From positions 2,648 to 66,647 of the forward strand of contig JBFFEY010000009.1 of assembly GCA_041558415.1 (NCBI GenBank): 64,000 nucleotides of DNA, written 5' to 3'. The notes under the pieces were generated by a model that worked only from the letters and a program-made list of their open reading frames with translations, was not told the origin of the DNA and made no database searches. This document shows, one piece after another, positions 45,750-55,651 of this stretch; within the stretch, counting starts at the first letter, position 1; every line of letters begins with the position of its first letter. Both the position numbers and the translations under genes were made by a program. This DNA comes from Burkholderiales bacterium (GTDB taxonomy: Bacteria > Pseudomonadota > Gammaproteobacteria > Burkholderiales > SG8-39).

Positions 45750-46064
45750 TCAGGCGTAGTGCTTGCGCTGTGCGCGGCGTCGGCCCGCGCGCTGCACCAC
45801 GCCGCCGCGAATGGTGTAGGGCGGGACGAGCTCGAAGCCGCCGTACTTCGGATTGAGCGGCTCGAGATATCGGCGCTCGCCGTCCACCACGAGGCGGCGG
45901 AAGAAGATGTCGCCGGCATACTCGACGATCACGTACGAGCCGTGCTTCGCGACGTGGCCGGGGTCGACGATGACGATGCAGCCATCGGGGAACTCCGGCT
46001 CCATGCTGTCGCCGAGCACGCGCAAGGCGTAGGGCTCGAGCTCGCTGCAGGCGCTCTCAGTCAT
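45750..46064 (-). CDS. S24 (LexA/UmuD-like) peptidase-domain protein without DNA-binding domain
   Basis: 104 aa, LRVLGDSMEPEFPDGCIVIVD..GSYVIVEYAGDIFFRRLVVDG..LEPLNP. Confidence 0.75.
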   Translation of the reverse strand: MTESACSELEPYALRVLGDSMEPEFPDGCIVIVDPGHVAKHGSYVIVEYAGDIFFRRLVVDGERRYLEPLNPKYGGFELVPPYTIRGGVVQRAGRRRAQRKHYA

Positions 46065-46323
46065 CCTGTTTCCCGGGCTTGCGCACCAGCTTTATGGCCT
46101 GCTTTGCGCCCGCCGGCTCGTCGGCGTAGCGCGGGCGCGCGCTCGGGTCGCGGCCCGCGGCTTGCGCAAGCTCGCGCTCGCGCGCGCTGATCAGCGCCAG
46201 GCACTGACGCAGGTCCTCGATGGTCGCGTCCGAGAGCGGGTGGCGCATGCCATGCGGCGTCGCGGTATCGCGGATGACGCCGGCGAGGGTGTGCTTCACC
46301 GCCTGCAGGATCCGCTCTTCCAT
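46057..46323 (-). CDS. Small hypothetical protein upstream of S24-like gene
   Basis: 88 aa from ATG 46323 (alternative GTG at 46356). MEERILQAVKHTLAGVIRDTATPHGMRHPLSDATIEDLRQCLALISARERELA. 8-nt overlap with the S24 start. Confidence 0.5.
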   Translation of the reverse strand: MEERILQAVKHTLAGVIRDTATPHGMRHPLSDATIEDLRQCLALISARERELAQAAGRDPSARPRYADEPAGAKQAIKLVRKPGKQDD

Positions 46324-46340
46324 CGAAAGCTCGGTCTCGC

Positions 46341-47015
46341 TCACAGCTCCGACCACATGCGGATCAGGTTCGAATAGGCGGCGTTCACCTGCGCGGTCTC
46401 CTCGGCATCGGGCGCGGTACGCAGCAGCTTCTCGCGCGCGAGATTGAGGCCGTAGAGTAGCGCACGCCGCGCCGGATCGCGCACCACGCTCTGCACCCAG
46501 GTCACCGCCACGAGGCGCTCGCCGCGCGTCACCGGGCTGACGCGATGGATCGTGCCCGCCGGGTAGAGCACGGCGTCGCCCGCCGGGCGCTTCACGGCCT
46601 GCTCGCCCGATGCGCCGCGGATCACCAGCTCGCCGCCGTCGTAATCCTCGGGCGCGCTGAGAAAAACCGTCACCGCGACGTCCGACCGATACAGTACGCC
46701 GCCCGTGCCCATGATCGCATCGTCGAGGTGCTCGCCGTATTCCATGCCCGGCGCGTAGCGGACGTACAGCGGCGTCGCGGCGTGCAGCGGCAGCGCGCCG
46801 CCGCGATACACCGGGTGGTGCGCGAGTTTTCCCATCACCATCTCGTCGAGGCGCTCGAGCGCGCCGGCACTGCGCTCGGCTTCGAGGTTGTGCTTGACGC
46901 GCCGCGCGGCGGCGCCCGCCGAGGCCTTGCCGTCGACGAAGCGCACCCCCTCGAGCCAGCTGCGCGCGAGCGCGAGCTCGTCAGGTTTGAGGACGCCGGG
47001 AACGATGAGCAGCAT
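46341..47015 (-). CDS. PKHD-type Fe(II)/2OG hydroxylase (YbiX/PiuC-like)
   Basis: 224 aa, MLLIVPGVLKPDEL..GEHLDDA (HxD)..DYDGGELVI..LYPAGTIHRVSPVTRGERLVAVTWVQS. Confidence 0.85.
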   Translation of the reverse strand: MLLIVPGVLKPDELALARSWLEGVRFVDGKASAGAAARRVKHNLEAERSAGALERLDEMVMGKLAHHPVYRGGALPLHAATPLYVRYAPGMEYGEHLDDAIMGTGGVLYRSDVAVTVFLSAPEDYDGGELVIRGASGEQAVKRPAGDAVLYPAGTIHRVSPVTRGERLVAVTWVQSVVRDPARRALLYGLNLAREKLLRTAPDAEETAQVNAAYSNLIRMWSEL

Positions 47016-47021
47016 GCGGGC

Positions 47022-47615
47022 TCAGGCGAAACAGACCCAGGTGGTGGCGATGTATTTCACGCCGCGCTCGAGCGTCGCGCCGCGGTGCGGGTGGGTCCAG
47101 AACGGCGGGAACAGCGCGAGCTTGCCCTCGCGCGGCCGGATCGAGACGCCCTGCAGCGGGAACTCGGTCTCCCCGCCCGGGCCCTCGACGTCGTTCAGGT
47201 ACCAGATCGCCACCAGCTGGCGGTCGCTGAACGCACCCGGCCCCGAGTCGACGTGCCAGTGGTAGTACTCGCCCGGGCGCGTGCGCTGCAGGTTGTAGCC
47301 GATGTCCTTGAAGCGGTTGGCGGCGAAGAATGGGAACTCGCCCGCCAGGAGCTGGTGCGCCGCGGAAAGCTGCTGCGCGAGGATGCGGTCGATGTCGGCC
47401 CAGTCCTCGCGCCCGCTGATGCGCAGGTCGGTCGAGCGTTTGACCTCGGGCGCCGTTTCGGCGGCCTGCCCGATACGGCCGGCGACCTGCTGCCCGGGGT
47501 TCGCCTCGAAGCGGCGGATCATCTCGCGGCACACGTCGCCCGGCAGCGCGCGCTCGGCTTCCCAGACGAAGCTGAGCGGCTTGAGCTCGCGGAGTGGCGC
47601 GCCGGCGATGATCAC
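47022..47615 (-). CDS. 2OG-Fe(II) oxygenase, prolyl 4-hydroxylase-like
   Basis: 197 aa, YYHWHVDSG (HxD)..VAIWYLNDVEGPGGETEF..LALFPPFWTHPHRG. Confidence 0.75.
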   Translation of the reverse strand: MIIAGAPLRELKPLSFVWEAERALPGDVCREMIRRFEANPGQQVAGRIGQAAETAPEVKRSTDLRISGREDWADIDRILAQQLSAAHQLLAGEFPFFAANRFKDIGYNLQRTRPGEYYHWHVDSGPGAFSDRQLVAIWYLNDVEGPGGETEFPLQGVSIRPREGKLALFPPFWTHPHRGATLERGVKYIATTWVCFA

Positions 47616-47618
47616 GGC

Positions 47619-48020
47619 TCAGGCGAACAGCAGCTCGGTGTTCTGCATCTCGCCGGCCGCGTCGACGTCCACGCCCACCACACCCGGCATGCGCGCCGCG
47701 ATGTACGAAGCCATCAGCATCGCGGTGGCTTCGTTGCCCTGCGTGAGGCTGGTGAGCAGCTTGTCGGCCGCGATCTGGCAGCGCTGCAGCCGGTCCGGCA
47801 TGGACACGAAACTGCGGCTCATCTGCCAGCCGCGGTCCATGTCGCGGTCGAGGCGCGCGTGGAACTCGTCCGCCTCGCGCATCAGCGCCTCCGGCACGTT
47901 CACCGCGTAGGTCTGGTCGCCGACGATCACCTTGAAGCGCATATCTCTTTCGGCCAGATTGAAAGTTGCCCCCACTTCAATACCATAGTCCGGTTCGATC
48001 AGAGGAGCCAAAGTGGCCAT
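47619..48020 (-). CDS. Hypothetical protein
   Basis: 133 aa, protein-like composition. Stop lies 3 nt before the next gene start. No recognisable motif. Confidence 0.55.
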   Translation of the reverse strand: MATLAPLIEPDYGIEVGATFNLAERDMRFKVIVGDQTYAVNVPEALMREADEFHARLDRDMDRGWQMSRSFVSMPDRLQRCQIAADKLLTSLTQGNEATAMLMASYIAARMPGVVGVDVDAAGEMQNTELLFA

Positions 48021-48219
48021 GAACCCAATCTATTACCAGACCATCGACCGCATGCAGAAGCAGGGGGTCGACCCCGAGTACGTGAACGGCTGGGCGGGCG
48101 GCTTCCTGCGCAACCCGAAGCGCGAAGAGCAGCGCGTGAACGAAGCCTACGAGACCGGCTACGCGCACGGCCTTGAGGCGAAGACGGACGGCTTCGACGC
48201 CTGGGTGAAGAAGTCCTAG
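48013..48219 (+). CDS. Small hypothetical protein
   Basis: 68 aa, MAMNPIYYQTIDRMQKQGVDPEYVNGWAGGFLRNPKREEQRVNEAYETGYAHG. Non-junk composition. Divergent from the 47619-48020 gene, overlapping its start. Confidence 0.4.
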   Translation: MAMNPIYYQTIDRMQKQGVDPEYVNGWAGGFLRNPKREEQRVNEAYETGYAHGLEAKTDGFDAWVKKS

Positions 48220-48647
48220 GCCGTGCCCTCGCCGCGCGCGGCGCGCGCGCGCCAGCGCGCAGCCTCGGCCGCGTCCTGCGCCACGCCGACCCCCTTCTCG
48301 TACATCATCGCCAGCGTCTCCTGCGAGCCGGCGAGCCCCTGGTCGGCGGCGCGCCGGAACCAGCGCGCCGCCTCCGCCGGGTCGGCCTTGGTGCATTCGC
48401 CCTGGAAATACATGAACCCCAGCCCGTGCTCGGCGAGCGCGAAGCCCTGCTCGGCCGCGGCGCGCATCCACTTCACCGCGCTGGCGCAGTTCTTCACCAT
48501 GCCGAGACCGACCTGCGCCATGATCGCGACCCGGTACTGCGCCTGCGGCTCGCCTTTCTCCGCGAGCGGCAGCAGCAGCTGCATGGCGCGCGCGAATTCC
48601 TTTGCCTCGAAGGCGGCGATGCCGCTGGCGAGATCGATGTCCTGCAT
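48216..48647 (-). CDS. Sel1-repeat (SLR/TPR-like) protein
   Basis: 143 aa, repeats of the AxxWxxxAAxQGxxxAQxxLGxMY type (AVKWMRAAAEQGFALAEHGLGFMY, AARWFRRAADQGLAGSQETLAMMY). Confidence 0.8.
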   Translation of the reverse strand: MQDIDLASGIAAFEAKEFARAMQLLLPLAEKGEPQAQYRVAIMAQVGLGMVKNCASAVKWMRAAAEQGFALAEHGLGFMYFQGECTKADPAEAARWFRRAADQGLAGSQETLAMMYEKGVGVAQDAAEAARWRARAARGEGTA

Positions 48648-48722
48648 GAACGCTCCGTGCGGGCCTGACGCGCCCGATGCGGCAGACTATCATCTGCGCA
48701 TCAGGCAGAGCGAGTGCGACAC

Positions 48723-49316
48723 ATGGCGATCATCAGCAGCCGCCCCACGGTAGGGCTCCTCAAGACGCGCTGGCGCATGAAGGGCGCACGCTCGCTCGCC
48801 GAGCGCGCGGGCGTCGTCGGCGCAAACGTGTGGAAGGTGTCGATGGAGCTGTTCCGGCACATGGAGAAGGAGGGCTTTCGCTTCGGCAGCGACCGCCTGG
48901 TGGCCGACGTGCTGACCGAGTTCATTGCCTTCATGCTGCAGCTCGTCGACCGCGCGGTTTACGCCAGGCTGAGCGACGCGGACCGCGCGGCGCTGGTGGG
49001 CGAGGCGTCGCGCCATCTCGCCGCGACCATGGAAAACAACCTGCTCGACCTGCTCGGCCCGGGCGAGCATCGTGCCGCGTTCATCGCCACGCTGAACGCG
49101 CGCTTCGAGGACTACGCGTGCTTCGAGTACGCCGGCGACGCGCCCGGCTATGACTGCCTGCGCTTTTTCGCCGGCAAGGTCGCCGAGGCGATGGCGCCCG
49201 GCGACAACAAGTGGGTGGTGGAGCAGGTCATCGACATCGAGGCGCCCGAGATGGTGCGCCTCGCCCACAAACTCGTCGAACAGGTGGCGCCGGCCGCCGA
49301 CGGAGCGTCTTCCTGA
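48723..49316 (+). CDS. Hypothetical protein
   Basis: 197 aa from ATG 48723 (GTG 48714 also possible). Protein-like composition, no motif recognised. Upstream of the tandem-TusA gene. Confidence 0.55.
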   Translation: MAIISSRPTVGLLKTRWRMKGARSLAERAGVVGANVWKVSMELFRHMEKEGFRFGSDRLVADVLTEFIAFMLQLVDRAVYARLSDADRAALVGEASRHLAATMENNLLDLLGPGEHRAAFIATLNARFEDYACFEYAGDAPGYDCLRFFAGKVAEAMAPGDNKWVVEQVIDIEAPEMVRLAHKLVEQVAPAADGASS

Positions 49317-49432
49317 AGCGGCGCCGGCGCGCGCGCGTCCGCCGGGCGCGAAACGCTGCGCCCGATTGCGCATCACTGCGCGCGCGCGTATAACTTCAAG
49401 CCCGTCCCGCAGGCCGCACGAGCGTCGCCGTC

Positions 49433-49939
49433 ATGCCGAAAACCCCGCCACGCAAGCCGGCTTCGCGCCTCAAGGCCGAGGTCACGCTCGACATGAAGGG
49501 CATGGCCTGCCCGGGTCCGCTGCTCGGTGCGCGCCGCGTGCTCGACGAGTTGCTCGCCGGCCAGGTCATGCTGCTGATTTCCGACTGCCCGGGCACCAAG
49601 GACGACCTGCGCGCCTGGACCCGCTACGCCGACGTCAAGATCGCCAGGACCGAGAAGCGCGCCGCGGGCGCGACCGCGTACTACCTGCGCAAGACCGAGG
49701 CCGGCCGCGTGTCGGCCAACGCGGTGCTCGACATGCGCGGCGCGAGCTGCCCCGGGCCGGTCATCGAGGCGAAGAAGCTGCTCCGCGGCATGCAGAAGGG
49801 CGAGGTGCTCGAGCTCATCAGCGACTGCCCGGGCATCCGCGCGGACGTGCGCAGCTGGGTCAAGGCGACCTCGCTCCAGCTGGCGCAGGCCTGGGAGAGC
49901 GCGCCGGGCGAGTACCGCTTCCACATCCGCCGGCGCTGA
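49433..49939 (+). CDS. Tandem TusA/SirA-domain sulfur carrier protein
   Basis: 168 aa with two TusA repeats, each with the CPxP active-site motif (LDMKGMACPGP, LDMRGASCPGP) and a second conserved ISDCPG. Confidence 0.8.
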   Translation: MPKTPPRKPASRLKAEVTLDMKGMACPGPLLGARRVLDELLAGQVMLLISDCPGTKDDLRAWTRYADVKIARTEKRAAGATAYYLRKTEAGRVSANAVLDMRGASCPGPVIEAKKLLRGMQKGEVLELISDCPGIRADVRSWVKATSLQLAQAWESAPGEYRFHIRRR

Positions 49940-49968
49940 CGCCCGAGCGAAGACCGACACCCCGCGCC

Positions 49969-50334
49969 ATGACCTCGCTCATCGACGAACTCAGCGGCCA
50001 CGGCGCCGCCGCGCCCGACCCGCGTTTCCCGCACGCGCCGGAAGGCTGGACGCCCGCGCACGCCGAGCAGCGCGCGCGTGAAGAAGGCCTCGCGCTCAGC
50101 GAGGCACACTGGCAGGCGCTGCACGCGCTGCAGGAATACTTCTTCCGCCACGGCCGCGATGCGGTGCGCCTGCGCGAGCTGCACGACGCCCTGGACGAGA
50201 CCTTCCATCGCAGCGGCGGCCTGAAGCACCTCTACCAGCTGTTTCCGGGCGGGCCGGTGGCGCAGGGCTGCCGCCTCGCCGGGCTCGAGGCACCGGCGGG
50301 CGCCACCGACCGCGGCTTCGGCAGCGTCGCCTAG
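49969..50334 (+). CDS. DsrC/TusE-family paralog lacking the penultimate Cys
   Basis: 121 aa from ATG 49969 inside a 394-aa read-through ORF. LSEAHWQALHALQEYFFRHG..LFPGGPVAQGCRLAGLEAPAGATDRGFGSVA. Confidence 0.7.
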   Translation: MTSLIDELSGHGAAAPDPRFPHAPEGWTPAHAEQRAREEGLALSEAHWQALHALQEYFFRHGRDAVRLRELHDALDETFHRSGGLKHLYQLFPGGPVAQGCRLAGLEAPAGATDRGFGSVA

Positions 50335-50341
50335 TCGCGCG

Positions 50342-50695
50342 CTAGCGGCAGCGCAGATTCGCCGTCGGATTCTCGATCGGCTTCGAACAGTCCTGCTCGT
50401 GGACGACGCGGTCGGCGGCCAGCTCGGGCACGACGTCGCGCCGCAGGAAACCGCGGTTCTCGTTCCAGTCGTCCTGCTGGTAACCGTGGAAGACGAAACC
50501 GAGGATGGCGATGCCGGCCAGCGCAGCCGCCGCCGAGCTGCTCGCCGCCGAGACGTTGACGTAGCCGGAGTAGCGGCTGGTGCCGGGCGGCGGCACGCTG
50601 CTGACGGCGCGCGCGCCGGCGCTGATGTGCGTGTACGACTGCGCCGCGCAGCCGCTCAGCGCGGCGACGAGCAACACGGGAGCGAGCGCGCGCAT
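50342..50695 (-). CDS. Putative lipoprotein
   Basis: 117 aa, lipobox LVAALSGC. Confidence 0.6.
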   Translation of the reverse strand: MRALAPVLLVAALSGCAAQSYTHISAGARAVSSVPPPGTSRYSGYVNVSAASSSAAAALAGIAILGFVFHGYQQDDWNENRGFLRRDVVPELAADRVVHEQDCSKPIENPTANLRCR

Positions 50696-50704
50696 GCGGC
50701 CATT

Positions 50705-51658
50705 CTACGCCGCGCTGCAGGCGCGGCGCAGGCGGTCGTTGACCGCGGCCCACGCCGGCGTGTCGGGCGGCGACTCGACGAGGATCGCGTCGCATCCGGC
50801 GGCGTCGAGCTCGCGCAGCGTGGCGTAGAGCGCCTGCGCGTAAGCCTGCGGCTCACGCGGCAGGCGGCGCCAGGTTCGCGCGCGTGCGTCCGGGCGCGAG
50901 AAGGCGAGCACCGCGAGGCGGCCGCCGGCCTGCTCGATCGCCGAATCGAGCGCGTGCGGCGCAACCAGGCGCGCCGGCGTGCGCGGCGCGTAGTGCCGCT
51001 CGAGACCGCCGGAGTGACGTGGCGCCGGCCCCGCCACCGCCTTGTCCTGGACGGTTGCGCCGATCGCCTGCTCGAGCGCCGCGCGACCGATCGCGCCGGG
51101 CCGCAACACGACCGGCGGCTCGCCCGAGAGATCGACGATCGTCGATTCAATGCCGATTTCGCTCGCGCCGCCTTCCAGCACGCAGTCGACGTCGTCACCG
51201 AGATCGGCACGCACGTGCGCCGCGGTGGTCGGCGAGACGCGTCCGAAGCGGTTCGCCGACGGCGCCGCCACGCCGCCGCCGAACGCCTGCAGCAGCGCCT
51301 GCGCCAGCGGATGCCCGGGCACACGCAGCCCCACGCTGTCCTGCCCGCCGGTGACGAAATCGGCCGCCTTCGCCGAGCGCTTCAGGATGAGCGTCAGCGG
51401 CCCGGGCCAGAATCGGGCGGCGAGCGTTCGCGCCGCCGCAGGAATGTCGCGCGCCCAGGCGAAGGCCTGCTCGGCGCTGGCGAAGTGCACGATCACCGGA
51501 TGGTCCACGGGCCGGCGCTTGACGGCATACAGCCGCGCGATCGCCGCGGCGTTCGAGGCATCAGCGCCGAGGCCGTACACGGTCTCAGTGGGGAAAGCGA
51601 CCAGCCCGCCGCGCCTGAGGATTTCGGCGGCGCGCCCGATCGCCGCCGCATCAGCCAT
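50705..51658 (-). CDS. tsaC: L-threonylcarbamoyladenylate synthase, long Sua5/YwlC form
   Basis: 317 aa from ATG (cat 51656-51658): GGLVAFPTETVYGLGADA..KRRPVDHPVIVH..SANRFGRVSPT. Confidence 0.85.
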   Translation of the reverse strand: MADAAAIGRAAEILRRGGLVAFPTETVYGLGADASNAAAIARLYAVKRRPVDHPVIVHFASAEQAFAWARDIPAAARTLAARFWPGPLTLILKRSAKAADFVTGGQDSVGLRVPGHPLAQALLQAFGGGVAAPSANRFGRVSPTTAAHVRADLGDDVDCVLEGGASEIGIESTIVDLSGEPPVVLRPGAIGRAALEQAIGATVQDKAVAGPAPRHSGGLERHYAPRTPARLVAPHALDSAIEQAGGRLAVLAFSRPDARARTWRRLPREPQAYAQALYATLRELDAAGCDAILVESPPDTPAWAAVNDRLRRACSAA

Positions 51659-52805
51659 CGCCGATGCCGAGGCGCGCGCGCAGCGCGAGCGCCGCCTCGA
51701 GGGCACGCTCGATCTGCGCGTCGAGCACCGTGATGTGCGCCATCTTGCGTCCCGGCCGAGCCGAACGCTTGCCGTAGAGGTGCAGCTTCGCCCGCGGCTC
51801 GGCAAGCACCTCCGCCCAAGGCGGTTCACCCGCCCGCCAGGCGTCGCCCAGGACATTCACCATCACCGCGGGCGAGAGCAGACGAACGTCGCCGAGCGGC
51901 AGCCCGCACAGAGCGCGCAGCTGCTGCGCGTATTGGCTGGTGACGCAAGCCTCCATCGTGTAGTGGCCGCTGTTATGCGGCCGCGGCGCGATCTCGTTCA
52001 CCAGCAGCCGGCCCTCGGCGATGAAGAACTCGACCGCGAGCACGCCGACGTAGCCGAGCACGGCGGCAAGCCGCGCCGCCATGGCCTGCGCCTCGCGCGC
52101 GAGCGTCGCATCGACGCGCGCCGGCGCAATGGAAACGTCGAGAATGCCGTGCCGATGCCGGTTCTCGGCAACGCTGAACGCCGCGGTGGCACCGTCGTCG
52201 CCGCGCGCCACGACGACCGAAACCTCGCAGTCGAGCCGCAGCATGCGCTCGAGCACGCAGGGCGCGCGATCGAAGGCCGCCCAGGCCCGGCGCGCCGCCT
52301 CGGGCGAGGCGACGCGCGCCTGGCCCTTGCCGTCGTAGCCGAAGCGCGCACGCTTGAGCACGCCTGGATAAAGATCGGCGCGCTCCAGGTCCGTTTCACG
52401 CGTCACGGCAGCGTAGGGCCCCACCGGGAAGCCAGCCTGATCGAGCGCCGCCTTCTCCCGGATGCGGTCCTGGGAGACTGCGACGCAGCTCGCGCTGGGC
52501 GCGACGCGACAGGCGCGCGCCAGGTAGGCCATGCTCTCGGCAGGAACGTTTTCGAATTCGGTGGTGATCGCCGCGCAGTCGGCGGCCAGCCGATCGAGCG
52601 CCGCGCGATCGTCATAGGCGGCGGCGATGTGCCGGTCGGCGAGGCCGCCGGCGGGGCTTTCAGGATCCGGGTCGAGCACCGTCACGCGATAGCCCATCTG
52701 GCGCGCGGCGATGACGAAAAATCGGCCGAGCTGGCCGCCGCCCAGCACGCCGAGCGTGGCCGACGGAAGGATCGGCAGCGTCGCGCGCGCGCCCTCAGGG
52801 GGCAT
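51651..52805 (-). CDS. purK: N5-carboxyaminoimidazole ribonucleotide synthase
   Basis: 384 aa from ATG (cat 52803-52805): [34 protein letters not shown]. Confidence 0.9.
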   Translation of the reverse strand: MPPEGARATLPILPSATLGVLGGGQLGRFFVIAARQMGYRVTVLDPDPESPAGGLADRHIAAAYDDRAALDRLAADCAAITTEFENVPAESMAYLARACRVAPSASCVAVSQDRIREKAALDQAGFPVGPYAAVTRETDLERADLYPGVLKRARFGYDGKGQARVASPEAARRAWAAFDRAPCVLERMLRLDCEVSVVVARGDDGATAAFSVAENRHRHGILDVSIAPARVDATLAREAQAMAARLAAVLGYVGVLAVEFFIAEGRLLVNEIAPRPHNSGHYTMEACVTSQYAQQLRALCGLPLGDVRLLSPAVMVNVLGDAWRAGEPPWAEVLAEPRAKLHLYGKRSARPGRKMAHITVLDAQIERALEAALALRARLGIGDG

Positions 52806-53337
52806 CGGCAAGCCGCATCTTTGCGACGAGGCGACGCAGCTTGCCGCGATAGCGCTCGAGCCGCGCGGACAAGCGCCGGTCGCCCGCCGCGAGCAACGCC
52901 ACGGCGAACAGTCCGGCATTCGCCGCGCCGCTCTGGCCGATGGCGAAGGTCGCAACTGGCACGCCCTTCGGCATCTGCACGATCGACAGCAGCGAATCCT
53001 GTCCCGCGAGATGCTTGCTCGGCACCGGCACGCCGAGCACGGGCACCGTGGTCTTCGAGGCGAGCATGCCGGGCAGGTGCGCGGCGCCACCGGCGCCGGC
53101 GATGATCGCGCGCAAGCCCCGCGCACGCGCGCGCTTCGCGTAACCGAACATCGCGTCGGGCGTACGGTGCGCGGACACCACCTTCGCCTCGTACGGCACG
53201 CCGAACTCGGCGAGCACGCTACAGGCCTCGCGCATCACCTCCCAGTCCGATTTGGAACCCATCACCACGCCGACCAGCGGCTTTGCCACCGCCCTGCGGG
53301 CTACGGATTTCTTCTGCTTCGATCGTGCGGCACTCAT
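52795..53337 (-). CDS. purE: N5-carboxyaminoimidazole ribonucleotide mutase
   Basis: 180 aa from ATG (cat 53335-53337): [37 protein letters not shown]. Confidence 0.9.
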   Translation of the reverse strand: MSAARSKQKKSVARRAVAKPLVGVVMGSKSDWEVMREACSVLAEFGVPYEAKVVSAHRTPDAMFGYAKRARARGLRAIIAGAGGAAHLPGMLASKTTVPVLGVPVPSKHLAGQDSLLSIVQMPKGVPVATFAIGQSGAANAGLFAVALLAAGDRRLSARLERYRGKLRRLVAKMRLADAP

Positions 53338-54227
53338 GACAGTCGCTCTCCTGCCAGCCGGAACAGAGCTTCGCGATATTTTTCCGCGGTGCGCGCGATG
53401 ACCTCGGGCGGCAGTCGCGGCGCGGGCGGGGTCTTGTCCCAATCCAGTGTCTCGAGATAGTCGCGCACGTACTGCTTGTCGTACGACGGCGGCGAGATGC
53501 CCTCGCGGTAAGCGTCCGCCGGCCAGAAGCGCGACGAGTCCGCGGTGAGCGCCTCGTCGATCAGCACGATCGCGCCCCGCTCATCGAGGCCGAATTCGAA
53601 CTTGGTGTCGGCGATGATGATGCCGCGCGTCGCCGCATAGTCCGCCGCCTCGCGGTAGAGGCGGATGCTGACGTCGCGCAGCTGCGCGGCGAGGTCCTTG
53701 CCGATCAGGTTCTCGGCCTGCGCGAAGGAGATGTTCTCGTCATGACCTTCCTGCGCCTTGGTCGCCGGCGTGAAGATCGGCGCCGGCAGCTTCGCCGCCT
53801 GCTGCAGGCCCGCCGGCAGCGTGATGCCGCATACCGCACCGCTATTCTGGTAATCCTTCCAGCCCGAGCCGGCGAGGTAACCGCGCACCACGGCCTCGAT
53901 TGGCAGCGGCTTGAGCCGACGCACCACCACCGCGCGGCCGCGTACCTGCGCCTTCTCCGCGGCGCCCCGCACCACCGACTCGGGATCGACCCCGGTAAGG
54001 TGATTCGCCACCACGTGTGCGAGCCGCGCGAACCAGAAGCTCGACATTCGCGTCAGCACGCGACCCTTGTCGGGAATCGGATCGGACAGCACGACATCGA
54101 AGGCCGACAGCCGATCGCTCGCCACGATCAGCATCCGATCGGCGCCGACCGCGTAAAGATCACGCACCTTTCCGCGACCGATGCGCGGCAGGCTCTCCAG
54201 CGTCGAGTCGAACAGCGCGCCGCTCAC
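53334..54227 (-). CDS. purC: Phosphoribosylaminoimidazole-succinocarboxamide synthase
   Basis: 297 aa from GTG (cac 54225-54227): [41 protein letters not shown]. Confidence 0.85.
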   Translation of the reverse strand: MSGALFDSTLESLPRIGRGKVRDLYAVGADRMLIVASDRLSAFDVVLSDPIPDKGRVLTRMSSFWFARLAHVVANHLTGVDPESVVRGAAEKAQVRGRAVVVRRLKPLPIEAVVRGYLAGSGWKDYQNSGAVCGITLPAGLQQAAKLPAPIFTPATKAQEGHDENISFAQAENLIGKDLAAQLRDVSIRLYREAADYAATRGIIIADTKFEFGLDERGAIVLIDEALTADSSRFWPADAYREGISPPSYDKQYVRDYLETLDWDKTPPAPRLPPEVIARTAEKYREALFRLAGERLS

Positions 54228-54310
54228 CGCGCCACGCCGTACCGAGCGCAGGCCTGCCGCTCCACGCGGCCGCCCCAGAAAGAGCGCGAGGCCGGGCCCG
54301 CCGCCCGCAT

Positions 54311-55333
54311 TCAGGCCGCCCGCTTCTCCAGCTCGGGCTTCCACTTGCCCTGCGCGGCGAGCCCGTTCATGTGCGCGCGGTGATAGAACGCGCGCTGCGC
54401 GGCGTCCTTGTTCCCCGCCTGCCCTTGCCAGGTCTTCAGCGCCGGGTTCTGCAACGCGCGCGAATAGGAGAAGGTGAGCGGCCAGGGCAGCCCCGGCGTC
54501 GCGGCCATCGCGTTCAGGTGCGCGGTCGCGTCAAGGTCGGACTGGCCGCCCGAGAGGAACACCACGCCGGGCTGCGCCGCAGGCACGGTGCGCTTGAGCA
54601 CCCGCACCGTGCGCTCCGCGACCTCCTGCACGCCGGCCTGGCGCGGGCAGTCCTTGCCCGAGACGACCATGCTCGCCTTGAGGATCGTGTACTCGGGGGC
54701 AACGTTGTAGGCCGCGAGCGCGGCGTAGGTCGCGCGCAGCGTGGCCTCGGTCACCTCCTCGCAGCGCGCCACCGTGTGATTGCCGTCGAGCAGCACCTCG
54801 GGCTCGATGATCGGCACGATCGAGGCCGCCTGACAGGCCGCCGCGTAGCGCGCCAGCGCATGCGCGTTGGCGTACAGGCAGCTGTGCGAAGGAATGCCCT
54901 CGCCGATAGTGATCACCGCGCGCCACTTGGCGAAGCGCGCGCCGAGCTTGAAGTACTCCTCGAGACGCTTCGACAGGCCGTCGAGCCCCTCGGTCACCTT
55001 CTCGCCGGCGGCGAGCGGGATGTCGACCGTGCCCTTGTCCACCTTGATGCCGGGGATGACGCCCTTGGCGGCGAGGAAATCCGCGAACGGCGTACCGTCG
55101 TCGGCCTTCTGGCGGATCGTCTCGTCGAACAGGATGACGCCGGAGAGGAACTTCTCGACGCCCGGGGTGGCGAACAGCAGGCCGCGGTAGCTGCGGCGAT
55201 TCTCCTCGGTGCAGGCGACGCCGACCGACTGGAAGCGCTTCTCGCAGGTGCCGGCGGACTCGTCGGCGGCCAGGATGCCCCGGCCCCTGGCGACCATGGC
55301 GGCCGCCGTCTTCGCAAGCAATGCCTTGTCCAT
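54311..55333 (-). CDS. fba: Fructose-bisphosphate aldolase, class I
   Basis: 340 aa from ATG (cat 55331-55333): [41 protein letters not shown]. Confidence 0.9.
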   Translation of the reverse strand: MDKALLAKTAAAMVARGRGILAADESAGTCEKRFQSVGVACTEENRRSYRGLLFATPGVEKFLSGVILFDETIRQKADDGTPFADFLAAKGVIPGIKVDKGTVDIPLAAGEKVTEGLDGLSKRLEEYFKLGARFAKWRAVITIGEGIPSHSCLYANAHALARYAAACQAASIVPIIEPEVLLDGNHTVARCEEVTEATLRATYAALAAYNVAPEYTILKASMVVSGKDCPRQAGVQEVAERTVRVLKRTVPAAQPGVVFLSGGQSDLDATAHLNAMAATPGLPWPLTFSYSRALQNPALKTWQGQAGNKDAAQRAFYHRAHMNGLAAQGKWKPELEKRAA

Positions 55334-55651
55334 AGGGTCCTCGGTGTTTGCGGTAACGGATGCGGCGAAGCGGTTCGCCCGCGATTCGCCTCGCTTCGAA
55401 AGAGGCAGCGCTCGAATTTTACGCGCTGCGCCGCGGGCCCGGAACTCGCCGGCGCCGGCGCCGGTCAACAGGCAGGCGTACTTGTGGGACAATCGCGCCC
55501 GCCGTGCGCCCCCGGTACTCGTCACCACGACCGGTCGGGCGAATCCCGATGCTTGCGACGCCGACGGTCGGCGCGTGGGCTGAATTTTGCGGGGCCGATC
55601 GCCACCTGGGGCGACGCTTCGGCGCCGGCCGCGCGTGATGGTTGTAATGTC

